From: Bigelowiella natans CCMP2755
Lineage: Eukaryota > Protista > Cercozoa
Length of the DNA: 64,000 nt
Assembly (NCBI GenBank): GCA_000320545.1
Contig: ADNK01001003.1
Span: 20,698 to 84,697 of the forward strand
Direction: 5' to 3'
The position numbers and the translations under genes were made by a program. The first letter of the stretch is position 1. The number at the start of each line of letters is the position of its first letter. Shown one piece after another: positions 41,653 to 53,262 of the stretch. A model generated the notes under the pieces. It did not search any database, was not told where the DNA came from, and saw nothing but the letters and a program-made list of their open reading frames with translations.

Positions 41653-44600
41653 AGCAATTCTCCACCATCATGATCATTCTATCATATTTACCTCCTCCAA
41701 CCCCCTATGATTCTAAAGCATCGTCATCCTTATATTATTGTAACCTCCTCCTCCACATTCCTTTTCTAACGCAAGGTGGTTCCCTTGGAGGAAAAGAAGA
41801 ACCGTATGAAGAACATAAAAGGCGCTGTCGAAGAGCCTGCTGGCCTCACGCTCTCCATGATGATGCGTGTGGACACATCTGTCGGCATTGGTAAACGTGC
41901 CCCGTGCATGCTAATGAGCGCCAAGAGCGCGGTGGGTGAACCCATCTGCCGGCTGGACATGGACGAGACCAGCAACTTTACGCTCGATATCGGCGGCGGC
42001 GCCTCCACTTCTCGCTTCACCTTCGAAGATGCGGACGACGGCAAATGGCACCACGTGTGTGTGGTCCTCAATGATCAGAAGGTCGCTGTCAAGAAGGCAG
42101 ACGGCGGGGACAGCAACAACAACGCCTCCCCACACAGCAAGAAAGCGGGCGCCCCTCCCTCACTCGAAGATGCGCGGCAGCTTGAGGAGAAGGCTAAGAA
42201 GGGAGACGAGGAGGAGAAAGAAGAAGAAAAGGAGGAGGAGAGCCTGAAGGAAATCCAGGTCTTGGTTGCGCGTGTGTTCATTGACAACAAGCTGCAGAAG
42301 GCAGGGTATGTCGACGAGAAGTACGAACGGTTTCAGGCTGTCCTCAAGTCCCTCCCCAAGTTCTGCAAGGAGCCATTGCAGCTGCACTACGTTCAAGGGT
42401 ACACAGGCTACGTCAGAGAGCTCGCGGCCTATCTGTTTCCGATGAAATCCTCCATGCTCCAGTGCCTCACAGATAGCGGGGTCAAGTTCGCGGCCGAGTA
42501 CATGAACCGAGGGCGTGGCGGGCAGGAGAAGATCGTGACCTACACGTTTGGTGACATGTCAGGAAATGCTCGGCTGCCAGACGGATGGGAGGCGCACGGA
42601 AACGAGGACGTTCCAAGCAATCACTGGTTCGCCTTTAAGAACATTGGACTGGTGGAAATGCTCAAAAACAGCGCCAACCCGAAGGTGGCCTCGACGCTGG
42701 ACCAGGATATGATGGAAACAAAGGTCATATCCTGTGCCGCGCCCAAGTCGACGCTCTTCAAGGTCCCAGTGCCGCTCGGGTCCAAGAAAAAGGCTGCGAC
42801 GGACGATTCCGCGGCCGTCAAGAAGTTCGTAAGCTCGAATAAGTTCCAGCTCAAGGGCTCCATGACCTTCGCGCCCAGCGCGCAAAAGGCGGGCAGCTTC
42901 GACACGAGGGGTATCATCCACTACCTGGGGTCGAAGGCGATGAACTCGAGCTCCTACATGAACCCCGCATCGGGCAGCAGTAAGCTGGTGCTGGTACGCC
43001 ACTCGTTACAAGGCTCGCAATCCGCGCCGGAGTCTCACTTGACCAACTACAGCGCAGTCCCCGCGACCAACAAGAAGGGCCAGCCGAGCTGGATCTCGTT
43101 CGACTTTGGCGCGCTGATGGTGAAGCCCACGCACTACGCGCTGAAGCACTGGAACCAAGCCAATTACGCTCTTCGACACTGGTGCTTCGAGGGCTCCAAC
43201 GACAACGTCGAGTGGGAGCAGCTTAACAAGCACACAAACGATGCGTCTCTGTACGCCGCGGGCTCGACGAAGCTCTGGAGCGTCGCGCAGAATAAAGACC
43301 AGTACTTCTCGAAGTTCCGTGTGCGCATGACCGGGCTGAACTCGTCGCAGATGTGGAACATCTGCCTCTCTGGCTTTGAGATCTACGGCACACTCTCCTC
43401 GCCCGACGCGGAGGGAGCTGCGGCGCTCGAGGGGAAGGCGAAGGCCATCGAGATGTCCAATATGAAGCAATACACTGTGATCATGGACGTGATGCTGCCC
43501 TGCCTCCCCACCAACCGCCAGTCGCTCTTTACGTCGGCCCACGCGTACCAGGGCCGCCGCAACAACGCTTCAACAAGCTTCGCCATCGATTCGCAAGAGA
43601 ATGTGCTGGCTTCGCTCGCCTCCGAAGGAGGCGGCGGCGGGGGCGGTGGCGGAGGAGGAGGAGGAGGAGGTGGTGGAAACGGCATGGGAGACGAGCTTGA
43701 CGACATCGACTCTGATGACGATGATGACGACGAAGCAATCGTCGAGGTCCATTTCGTTCCACTACTTTGTATTACAAGACCATATTAAGATCAATCTTAC
43801 TTCTGTACCATCACTACTCTTGCTACTATTACTACTACTACTACTACTTCTACTATTACTACTACTACTACTACTACCGCCACTACTACTACATGACTAT
43901 TACTACCACCACCACCACCACCACCGCCACACAACCAACCCTTACTAATACCCTGCTATTTTGCTGTCAATGTCGACTTATAGGCCGCGGTAGCGAGCAG
44001 TAGTGAGCCTAAGAATGAGCTGGTGAAGCGGACTTTCGCAGAAGTCTTCGTTCGCCCGGACGGCAAAGTCGGCGTCGGTGCCGGCTCCGCCGCCGGAAAG
44101 TTCGGAGGCGGTAACTCCGCTGTGTTGTTCGCAGGCAAATGGCATCGCGTTGTCCTCACCTGCGACATGGAGAAGGGCTACTTCCAAGTCTACGTCGACG
44201 GGGAAACGGTGAGTGGGGTCGAGGGAGGGGTTGGGGGGATATATTCGCAGCATCCACCATCACTATCACCATCATCAACATCATCACTCATCAACGGTTT
44301 AAATCATTCAACCAGGCCATTGCGACCACGTTCAGCGACCACAGCGCGAAGTCACCTTTCAACCTCGGCAAGTACTTCACGCTCCTCGGCGATGAAGACC
44401 CTACACGGCGCCACTCGCTGCGCGCTGAGGTGGCCAACGTACAGGTGCGAGCGTTCGCGGTGAATCAGGGTATCGCGCGAGGGCTCGGCGTCGCGGGCGA
44501 CACACTCCTCGGCGCGGAGTATCTGAAGAGAATGACCAAGTTCCTGTCCAAGATGGGCTACCCAATTGGCTGGAGTATCAAAGCGCTCAACAAAACGGGC

Positions 44601-47600
44601 GGCAACGAGGCCCTCGCCTCCGATTGGATCATCGTAAACCGCGCTGAGCTCGAGGAGGAGGACCGCATGCGCCGACTGCGGATCGTGGCGGCGAAGCTGT
44701 CTCTGATGGGTTACCCGGTGACTTGGTGCATGCGAGCGCTCGAGACGAACAGCAACGACGTCTACGCTGCGACGCAATGGCTGCTGGATCAGGGTCTGGG
44801 AGGCGTCAAGGCGCACGATGCTGAGGAATTCAAGCTGCAGGATGATGAGCAGGCGGACATAAAGCGCGTCCTTGCCACGAGGCTCCAGGAAATCGAGATC
44901 GAGAAGAAGGTGCGAGAGAACTCGCTATTCCGCGTGCTCAACTCCACTTCCGAGCCTATCGATATTGGTCTCGACACGCTGATGATGCGGCCGGAGCCAA
45001 AGCAGCTCACAGACTTCTCGTCCATCAAGCGCATCCGCAATGTTCGCTCTATCGTGCAAAACGTGAAGCTGGCCAACGACAACCTCGCTGTCGTCTACTC
45101 GCGTTTGTGCGTCCTTGCGGTGCTAGAGAACTGGGCTGATGAGGAGCTCTCCAAGTTCTCGCCCTTTGCCGACTTCCACCCGGCCGCTGAAGGGAAAGGA
45201 GCTGCTGAAGATAGTAGCCAACGTCAACAACGACGCCCAGCTAGTACACACAAATCCCGCAAGAAGTATGCGGATGATGAGAACAGCTTTGCAGGCAAGG
45301 GAGGAGAGTCTACAGCCGAAGGGGCAAAGGAAGCAAAGAATAGCAAAAAATCTCGGCGACGGAAGCGGTCTGCGACTCCCTCCACCCCAGGAGCTGCCGC
45401 AGCAGCAACGGCCGCCTCCCGCGTGCTCGGGGACTGGGAGACCACCCAACAGCGCATCTTGGCCGATCCGTACAAGTGCATCGGCGACTTCCTGCAGCTC
45501 GTTGAGTTCTCCGCTCTTTCAGGCGGTCTTGACGTGCTGCGGATGGCTGTACATCGCACACTGCTCCGAGAAATGAAGACTCTAGAGCAGGAGAGGGCGG
45601 GGGGCAAGGTGTCGAGCATGGAGGAGATGTGCAGGCTGGCCCCCGTTTCCCGTGCGATGGTGTGCCAGGCGACGTATCACCTCGTCCAGATCTGCCAGCA
45701 ACCACGCAAGGGCGTGGACTCGGCGCGAACCGAGGGCGACATGCACACGAAGTGGAACGCCGCGATTGTGGTCTGGATCGTCAAGATATTCATCGACATT
45801 CTGAACGAGACGGGCGTCAGTCGGAAGGACAACTGGTACGCACGCTACCTGCTTTCCTCGGAGCTCGTGAACCTCATCTTCGAGTGCATATCGCTGATCT
45901 CCGGCCGCAAGCAGCTGTCGTTCGTGCGACTACTCTCGGCGCTAATTCGGCTGGATGTCGAGTTCGACCCGCAGACCTCAGCCACGCTCAAGGGGCTGAT
46001 GAACCGCACCTTCACCGTGCAGCAGCCCAAGAAGAAATTCACGACCTTCATGCAGGCTCTCATCGAGCTTATGCTCTCCGTAGAGCAAATCGAGATGCAA
46101 CGCGGCCGGCTTGTGGCAACAAATCAATCATCGGCAAAGGTCGCGGAGACCAAAGCCAAAGAAGGCGCGGACGAAAAGGTCGACAGCGTTGTCGTCGAGG
46201 GCAAAGACGGTGGTGGTACAAAGGCGGGCACTTCTTCCTCCTCGGCTTCAAGCGGGGCGGCAGTAATGCGGAGAACACAGTTCTTTGAGCACCAGTACGA
46301 CTTTGACACGAACGGCATTCTGTATTATCTTGGCCTCGAAGGCTCTTCCTCCGACTGGAGCAACCCTGCACTCTGCCAGACGCGTCCCGTACACGTCAGC
46401 TCCTCGCCGATGCTCAAGACCTCGCAGGCTAACACCGCAATCGTGGGCCGCTCCGCTGTCCGCTGCATGACCAAGCCGGTGGTGAAACCGTACTTCACGT
46501 TGGACTTCCACGGGCTCCTCATTGTGCCCACCTGCTACACCGTTCGCCACGCCGCACCTCGTGACTCCGAGGTCATGCGAAGCTGGGTGTTCGAGGGCTC
46601 GCTCAACGGAGAGTCGTGGGTCGTGCTCGACCGTCGTGAGAACTGCCAGGACCTGCAGAAGGCCGGTGATTCACACACGTGGAAGGTCGATTCCACCCAG
46701 GCGCTCATCAGCCAGATCTCCGCCGACGAGGAGAAGCGCAAGAAGGGCGAGAAGGTCCAGGTGCGCTACAACGAGGCGGGCGAGGCGGTGGTGCCAGGCT
46801 ACACGATGTTCCGTGTGCGAATGACGGACAAGAACTCGAGTCGCAGCTGGCATCTCGCGTGCTCTGGGTTCGAGATCTACGGATATGTGACGTTCCCAGA
46901 GCTGTCCGACAAACTCACGTGGGAGGAAGAGGAGATCGGCCGCTCCAAGGGGATGGAGCTCATCCGCTTCTCCAAAGTCATGGCACGACACATCGCCCGT
47001 GACGGCGTCTGGGAGGTCGTGCGGGCATCGCAGTCGCTGGCGTCCGGCCGCCACTACTTCGAGGTCGAGTTCATCGAGCGCGACCTCGACATGCAGGGCG
47101 TCTACGAGCGCTACAAGGGCGACGACATTATCCAGGTCGGTGTGGTGGACGCCAAGTTCAGCATGCAGCACAAGAACCTCCGCATCGGGAAGCCGCAGAA
47201 GGGCTGGGCCTACTCGTCGCGCGGCTGCACGGACCTCAACGACAACTACGGCGAGGCCTACGGACCGGGCGACTGTGTCGGTGTGGAGATCGATATGGAC
47301 GTGGGCACCATTGAGTTCTGGAAAAACGGCAAATCGCAGGGGCTTGCGTACGTCGATGTGACAGGGCCTGTCTACCCCGCGGTCGGCCTCTACCTCCAGT
47401 CGCCGCAAGTGAAGCTGGTGACGAAGAGCGTGGAGAAACTCAAGAAGTCACGCAACCAGAAGTGGTTCGACGACATCCTCCTGCTGCACGATACGCTGGA
47501 GATCCTCAACCACGGAGTCAGAGAAGTGGGAGACTCGGTAGGTGACAAAAAGATCATCACTGCAGGCAAGGGCAAGGGTAGGCCAGCCCTCCCTGCGAGG

Positions 47601-49432
47601 ATGGTCATGCGTGTGGCCGAGCAGTGCTTCCAGCTTGGAATGAACGAGCGCAAGGAGTCGGACGATGCCAACCAAGGCGATCTCGACCAGGGCGAAGATG
47701 ACGAAGATACCGACCTGAGCAGCGAGAGGAAGGCCGCGCGACTGCTTCAGGGGCAATCTGGCAAAGCGAAGGCCGAGCTATTCAAGGACCTCATTGAAGA
47801 GATCAACACCGTCCACCAGATCTTTACCCCCGGTCGCGACAAAAGCCTCGTGGATCTCGTCGACCAGCGTATCTGCGAGCGTCGCAGCACGGAGCAGCGC
47901 ACGGTTCAGGGCACCAACCTCACTCTCACCGAGTTCGATCCGACCGAGCGCGACCTCGAGTATTATCGGCTGTCGCAGCTGCCCAGGCGCGCGCTGCTCG
48001 TGCGTCTGGTGACCCTGCAGGTCCTCAACCGGCAACTCCGAACGACGCTGCCTCTCATCGACTTCTCCGTCCGCGGAGACGTGTCGCGGCTGGCCGGGCT
48101 GGTCCGTGGTGTGCGCAAGCTCATCTTCTGGGGCACCAAGGAGGGCATGTGGAAGGAAGCTCTGGCGGCCTCGCGCGGCCCAGGCGCTGACAAGCAGCCA
48201 GACCAGGTCAAGAACGCACTCACAGTGCCCCTCGACCGCTTTAAGGCGATGCGCTTCAAGGAGAAACTCAAATCGGACTCCCGCGCACGCAAGTCAATAT
48301 TCGGGCAGATGTTCTGCAAGCTCTACTCGCAGACCCCAGCCTTCTACCGCCTCGACCAGGGGGTGCGAGCCTTTTTGGTCGAGTTCCGGGGGGAGGGAGG
48401 AGAGGACGTTGGCGGGCTGTACCGCGAGGCGTTCCACCTCATCTGCAAGGAGCTGCAGCACGACGAATTCCGGCTCCTGCCGCTATTCGTGCCTTGTCCC
48501 AACAAGAAAGCGGATGCAGGGGAGAACCGTGACAAGTGGGTGCCGAACTCAGAATCTACCGAGCCTCTACACATCTCTCTATTCGAGCTGCTCGGTAAGC
48601 TTATGGGGCTGGCGCTCCGGACCAAGAACTCCCTCAACCTCGACCTGCCGCCCATCGTCTGGAAGCTGATCATACGCGACAAGGTCACGGACGCGGACGT
48701 GGAATCGATCGACGTCACCGCCTTCAACAGCGCGCTTGACCTGGCTGGCGTCGCATCGGCGATCCGGGCCGACGCGTCCGTGCCGAAGGACAAGCGTGCG
48801 CTGGAGTTCGAGAACCGTGTCGGAAAGCAATTTTTCGAGACGAGAAACGTGGTTGGCCGCAAGGTGCTGCTAGCTGCTGGCGACGGAACAAACGCAGTGC
48901 CAGGCGGCGGCGGCGACGACAGCGAAGTGAAGAAGACTCGGGTGAGCTGGGACAACTGGCGGGAGTACCGCGGCGCTGTGTCCAGATTCAAACGCACCGA
49001 GTTCGACGTGCAGATCGACTCGATGCGGCGCGGAATGGCCTGCGTGGTGCCGTTCGCCCTCCTTGGCATGTTCACGTGGGAGGAGATCGAGCGCGAGGTG
49101 TGCGGTGAGCGGAAGATGAACATCGACCTGCTCAAGAAGATGACCAAGTAAAAATGATATTATGGATTCGTCGCTGTCGTTAGATAGCACAATGAGAGGG
49201 GAGGGAGGGGTGGGGGGGGGGGAGGGGAATGGGAAGGATGGTGTTCTGGTAGTTTTAAAACGCGTAGAGGTCTTTGTTTTTCTTCTCTTCCTTTTCGACT
49301 CGTCCCCTCCTCCTACTATCACTTAATGATGTCCCTTCAACGGATTTGTTCAGATATGAAAACTGCTTCGCTTCCGACCAGCATATCAAAATATTCTGGG
49401 AGATGCTAGAGGACAGGTCGAGGGGGGAGATT

Positions 49433-49469
<37 letters not shown>

Positions 49470-50216
49470 ACATTGCATTCACGGTTTTCTCAAGAACACA
49501 TAAGAACATCTCATTTATATTGTCCGTTTTGCCTTCTAGATTCAACGAGGCAGAGAGAGCCCTATGGCTGAAATTCGTCTGGGGACGCTCAAGGTAAATA
49601 TCGGTGTGATGACGGCCATAACGCAGCAACAGTGTGCCTCCGCTACGACCTCGTGAAATGCCGGTGTGGTGGGGATCTTGCTGTTTGTATTGATGATGAT
49701 ATTGGTGTAATATGCTATGCTCGGTGGCGTAACTGTACGAGATTAGTTGAGTAATTATTCTCTTTGTGCTCTCCCCACAAAACAACCAGGCTTCCTGTGA
49801 GGGCGGCTGACTTCGATATGAAGTTCTGCATTCAGGTATGTGGTGGGGGTGTGTGTGCGTAGGCGTGTGTATGTGTGTGTGCGTGTGTGTGTGTGTGTGT
49901 GCTGTGCTGTTTTATCGCTGCTGTCCCTTTTCACTGGTGGGCGGCCAATTATTTGCATGTATATAGGTAGCAATGTTAACAGCATGTCTAAAAGATAGCG
50001 AGAGGGTTATATCGTCCTGACAATAATCTCTTCCTCATCTGTTATGTCTCGTGCTACTGCGTGTGTACGATGCTACTACTACTACTACTACTACTACTAC
50101 CAGACGCTTCGATCCGCAGAAGAAAGCCCAAATCCCGACGCGTTCTTGCCCATTGCACATACGTGCTTTTTCTCGTTGCAGCTGCCCAGGTAAAAACCCC
50201 ATAATAAAAATATGAG

Positions 50217-50260
<44 letters not shown>

Positions 50261-50701
50261 TTTATATGATATTATGTGTATATAGTAGCATGCAGGAAGT
50301 GGGGATTGGGGCGGGGTGCAGTAGGATGGGAGAGTCCAAACGGTTTAAAATAAAAATGCAACTGACATGATGGCGATGCTGCAGGTATTCTTCGCTCGAT
50401 GTGATGCATAAACGCGTCCTGTGGGCCATTACGAATTGTGAATCAATTGATGCCGACTTTGCTGCCGGTAAGCAAACGCCCCCCACACTGTAGTTAGTGT
50501 TTGCTGATGAGAAATTGAGGCGAATCAATAGCAGCAGAGGTTGCGCACATGCGAAAGTTCAGATGTAGAGTGCCATCCTATGATCTCCTCTTTAAAATCT
50601 GCATACATAACTTCTTCCCTCATTTTAATCGATTATTCCACTACTCCGTAGGCGAAATTCAAGGACCTTCTACTGCTGGCGACTCGGATGACGAGCATTA
50701 A
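16594..50701 (+). CDS. Giant HERC-like HECT E3 ubiquitin-protein ligase, 19 exons, ~10,200 aa (one frameshift at ~31620)
   Basis: Exons: 16594-16716, 16789-16848, 17015-17528, 17658-17759, 17884-21965, 22284-32446, 32773-35052, 35271-39443, 39588-39882, 40146-41545, 41776-43746, 43984-44208, 44316-49147, 49354-49416, 49540-49593, 49790-49835, 50104-50189, 50385-50467, 50652-50701. All junctions are GT-AG and phase-compatible. HECT motifs: FRGEGGEDVGGLYRE, LLPLFVPCPN, LKFVWGRSRLP, LPIAHTCFFSLQLPRYSS, CESIDADF. Confidence 0.9.
18070..18430 (+). other. Fascin-like beta-trefoil domain in the E3
   Basis: Three repeats of the type VTFKT...YLS...EKF, IAFRTH.RRYLSA...EKF and VGVQT..KTF...CLF. Confidence 0.6.
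20150..20490 (+). other. CUB-like domain of the ZZEF1/MYCBP2/HECTD4 type
   Basis: FESRHPY...V.GAKQL.IEFDKRC.T...D.LQ...WP...V.GD.V...GYRFTV. Confidence 0.65.
22022..22083. repeat. Perfect 31-bp tandem duplication in intron 5 of the E3 gene
   Basis: tatggatgattgaacgactgatgaattggtc occurs twice in tandem. Confidence 0.95.
22795..23335 (+). other. Discoidin/galactose-binding-like domain, copy 1 of 4 (HECTD1-type). Other copies at ~26860-27350, ~42890-43400 and ~46280-46890.
   Basis: Shared motif FD.NG++..LG...W.NPA...P..Y.LRH...LR.W.F+GSND...W..L..H..D..L...TW...FRV.MTG.NS...L.LSG+EIYG. Confidence 0.8.
27430..28540 (+). other. RCC1-like beta-propeller 1. Propeller 2 lies at ~32420-33850 and spans intron 6.
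   Basis: Repeated V.AG..H/FS+.L...G.VY.WG.N.YGQLG motifs. Confidence 0.9.
35590..41420 (+). other. Tandem array of ~10 SPRY/B30.2-like domains (~15 in the whole protein)
   Basis: Recurring G.H.+E+...YIG+V...GWA...G.K...Y...GD++.V.+D+...+.F..NG..LG.AF..+P...PA+S units. Further copies at ~23440, ~24250, ~31230, ~34040/34820 and ~46910. Confidence 0.85.
40026..40136. repeat. (CAT/CAC)n trinucleotide tract in intron 9
   Basis: Seen directly in the sequence. Confidence 0.9.
43822..43930. repeat. (CTA)n/(CCA)n trinucleotide tract in intron 11
   Basis: Seen directly in the sequence. Confidence 0.9.
48220..50467 (+). other. HECT catalytic domain, catalytic Cys codon at 50164-50166
   Basis: AHTCFF motif in exon 17; the domain is spread over exons 13-18. 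Confidence 0.92.
49435..49466 (+). repeat. Poly-G run (~32 nt) in intron 14
   Basis: Seen directly in the sequence. Confidence 0.9.
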
Positions 50702-52557
50702 ATCAACACTTGAGACAACAAACTGAGGCTACTACCCCATCAATGGCGCCTATCCAGAGAACTGAGAAACTTGCAGGAAAGTGTGACCAGTACTGCCACA
50801 TTCGATACAAATTTCTCGATGAACAATAAATAAGAAAATAATATTTTATTGTCAAGATAAAGCATTCTATTTTCAGTAAATCGACGCTAAACATGCGCGA
50901 TTACACCTACAGATTGTGTGTCTGTATGCATTTTACATATAAGTTCGGTGCTTTATAGCATTTATAGTCATTAAGAACTCTTGTCATGATGGCGAGGTTG
51001 TGATGATGGTTACAGCGCTCGTTTGTTCAGCTCCTCTCTACATTTTAGCGCGGTTCATTAGCAGCAGCGGGCTGCTTGGTTAAACCCAGCCTTGCATCGC
51101 TTTTTGCACAAGTCGTCGTCCAGACGTGACGTCCATGTGTGCATCTTTCTAAGCTTTCTAGCGCGCACCTAGCTAGGGTGACTAGCATGCAATTAGGTTT
51201 GCACTCTCTGATGCTTCCATTGTGAAAAAAAATGTTGTTTCTGCGCTGCTAGCTAGCTAGGTTTGTGTAGTTTAGCTTGAGCAGTGCAGTGTGAATGATG
51301 AAATGTGACCTACCTAGCTACCCATCTCGGTGATGCCACATGCTAGCATGCTGCAGCACACGGCTACGCCGCGCATCTCTAGATCTGTAACCTAGCTCTG
51401 GACCCACTAGCTAGCTAGCCTAGCTGCTAGCCTTCCAGCCTGTCGGCATGGCTGATTGCACGTGTGTAGCGACAACAGAGCTGGAGAGTTTCACTTCCAA
51501 CAGCTTGAAGATCGCGTCGCGTCGAGCTGCACCGACATGTGACGTAGCTAGCGTAGATCTGCGATGCCATCATGCTAGCATGCCATGCACGGTGCTAGGG
51601 TGCTGCACGCACGTGCAGAAGATGGATCGATGCATGATGCACACGAGTTGTGTCGGAAGGCACCAGTGCACCAGTCTAGCAGTGCGTTCGCGCCCCAACA
51701 GGCAACGCAACGAGTGTGACGATGCAATGCAATCACATTGTTTCAGCGTTCGCACCCAGATGTTTTCATGCAAAGTGATTTCTGGTCAAACGCGCAGATC
51801 TTGTGTCTGGATGTTGAGACACAGTCGTCGTCGGCCGCCGATCCTGCTAGCCTGCTGAACGCTGGAACGTGCAGGCATCAGAGCCATGCTAGCATGGAGA
51901 GCCTCATCGATGTCCAGACGCGGGCACAACCTGGACAATGCGGTGTCGAAATGAAAGATCGTCATGAAGTGTTTTCAGCAATGGTGCGAGCACGTGAGTG
52001 ATGAACGATCGAATGAAGAAGTGAACAAAGTTGTGATGTTGGTCTGATTGTGATGGCCCAGCTAGCCAGTGGAAAGGATCGTCGGAACCAGGTGCTCAAT
52101 TCCACAACCTCATCGCCCAATCACATCAACATGGCCACCAAGGAAAAACAGAGGATTGATTTGCATGAATGAAATGAATGAATTGCGATTTCAATGGCAT
52201 GGTTGAAAGGATCACGGGAAACGCTAACTCTCCCTCCATCAACCAGCCATGCCAACAAGCCTTTTTCATCTGCATTGCCAGCTGACGTGACGTTTGTCAT
52301 GTCGCAATGTGTAAATTTAGCCTGTTTTTTCCCTCCATGAAACGATCTGACCAATCGAGTCCCCGAAATCCCGATTGAAAATAATAGAACCAAAAATCAA
52401 GTTGATTTCAACCATGCGACAACATTGCTATGGCGACTAATACAAATTGGGAAGCGTGTCGCCCATTCCCCACCATCTTCCACTCCCCTGAGGGAGCCGA
52501 GCCGTTTCGGATTCGGTCGAATTGCCTCCTCCCCTTCGATCGTCCGTTTTAGATACT

Positions 52558-53231
52558 ATGCTTTCATTTGGGACTAACGGTAAGGAGTTGTTCTCGACTC
52601 AAGAGCTGGAGTACCAGCGCCCGCCGTTAGATTCGCGACAGGTCGTAATCAAAAGCCAGCACCAGACATCATTGAATACGCTTCCATTGAAGCTTTAGCT
52701 ATCTCAGTCGAAGATTACAGATTGGTTGTGTCCAGGTTGTTGAGTTGCGTAAACTGTTTGACTTTCTAGAGGAAGGCAAGGTAACATTATCCACTGAAGT
52801 AGTTGAGGCGATGTAGTTCTCTTCGAAGAAAAATGCAGTTGACCACCTAATAATGGTCCTCAGGTTGGAGTTTTAACGCACCAGAAGCTACACAAAGTCT
52901 TCCGAAAACTTGGATTTATGATCAAAATGGAAAGGGTAATCATCATTTCCTCGGTCGGTGCCGCCGCCGTGGTCGGTTTGAACAGCTAAATGAATGGTGT
53001 TGCTGCTGTTCTTCCCACGTCCCAATTCATTAAGGTGCAAGAAATACTGAAGAAATTCAAAGGTTCCATGAAATTCTCGGATTTTCTGGTATGTTAGGGT
53101 GAATCATCTATGCTGGCCGAAATGGACCTTTCCTTCACCATCCATATTGCTGTGGCGACCAAAACGATCTTCCGATCGTCTATAGCTGTGCATAAAGCAT
53201 TCTTCTTCTCATTGCTGTATTATTCCTGTTG

Positions 53232-53262
<31 letters not shown>

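Noticed and set aside
17868-49151. Treating the 1388, 3175, 310, 758, 1390, 536, 670 and 1670 aa ORFs as separate genes or an operon
   Set aside because: Apart from the 31620 frameshift, each boundary has phase-compatible GT-AG sites flanking non-coding or low-complexity introns, and domains run across the junctions.
18105-49322. Numerous antisense and alternate-frame ORFs of 60-330 aa within the E3 gene, and similar ones over 548-4379
   Set aside because: These are shadow ORFs expected from GC-rich codon usage, with no recognisable motifs.
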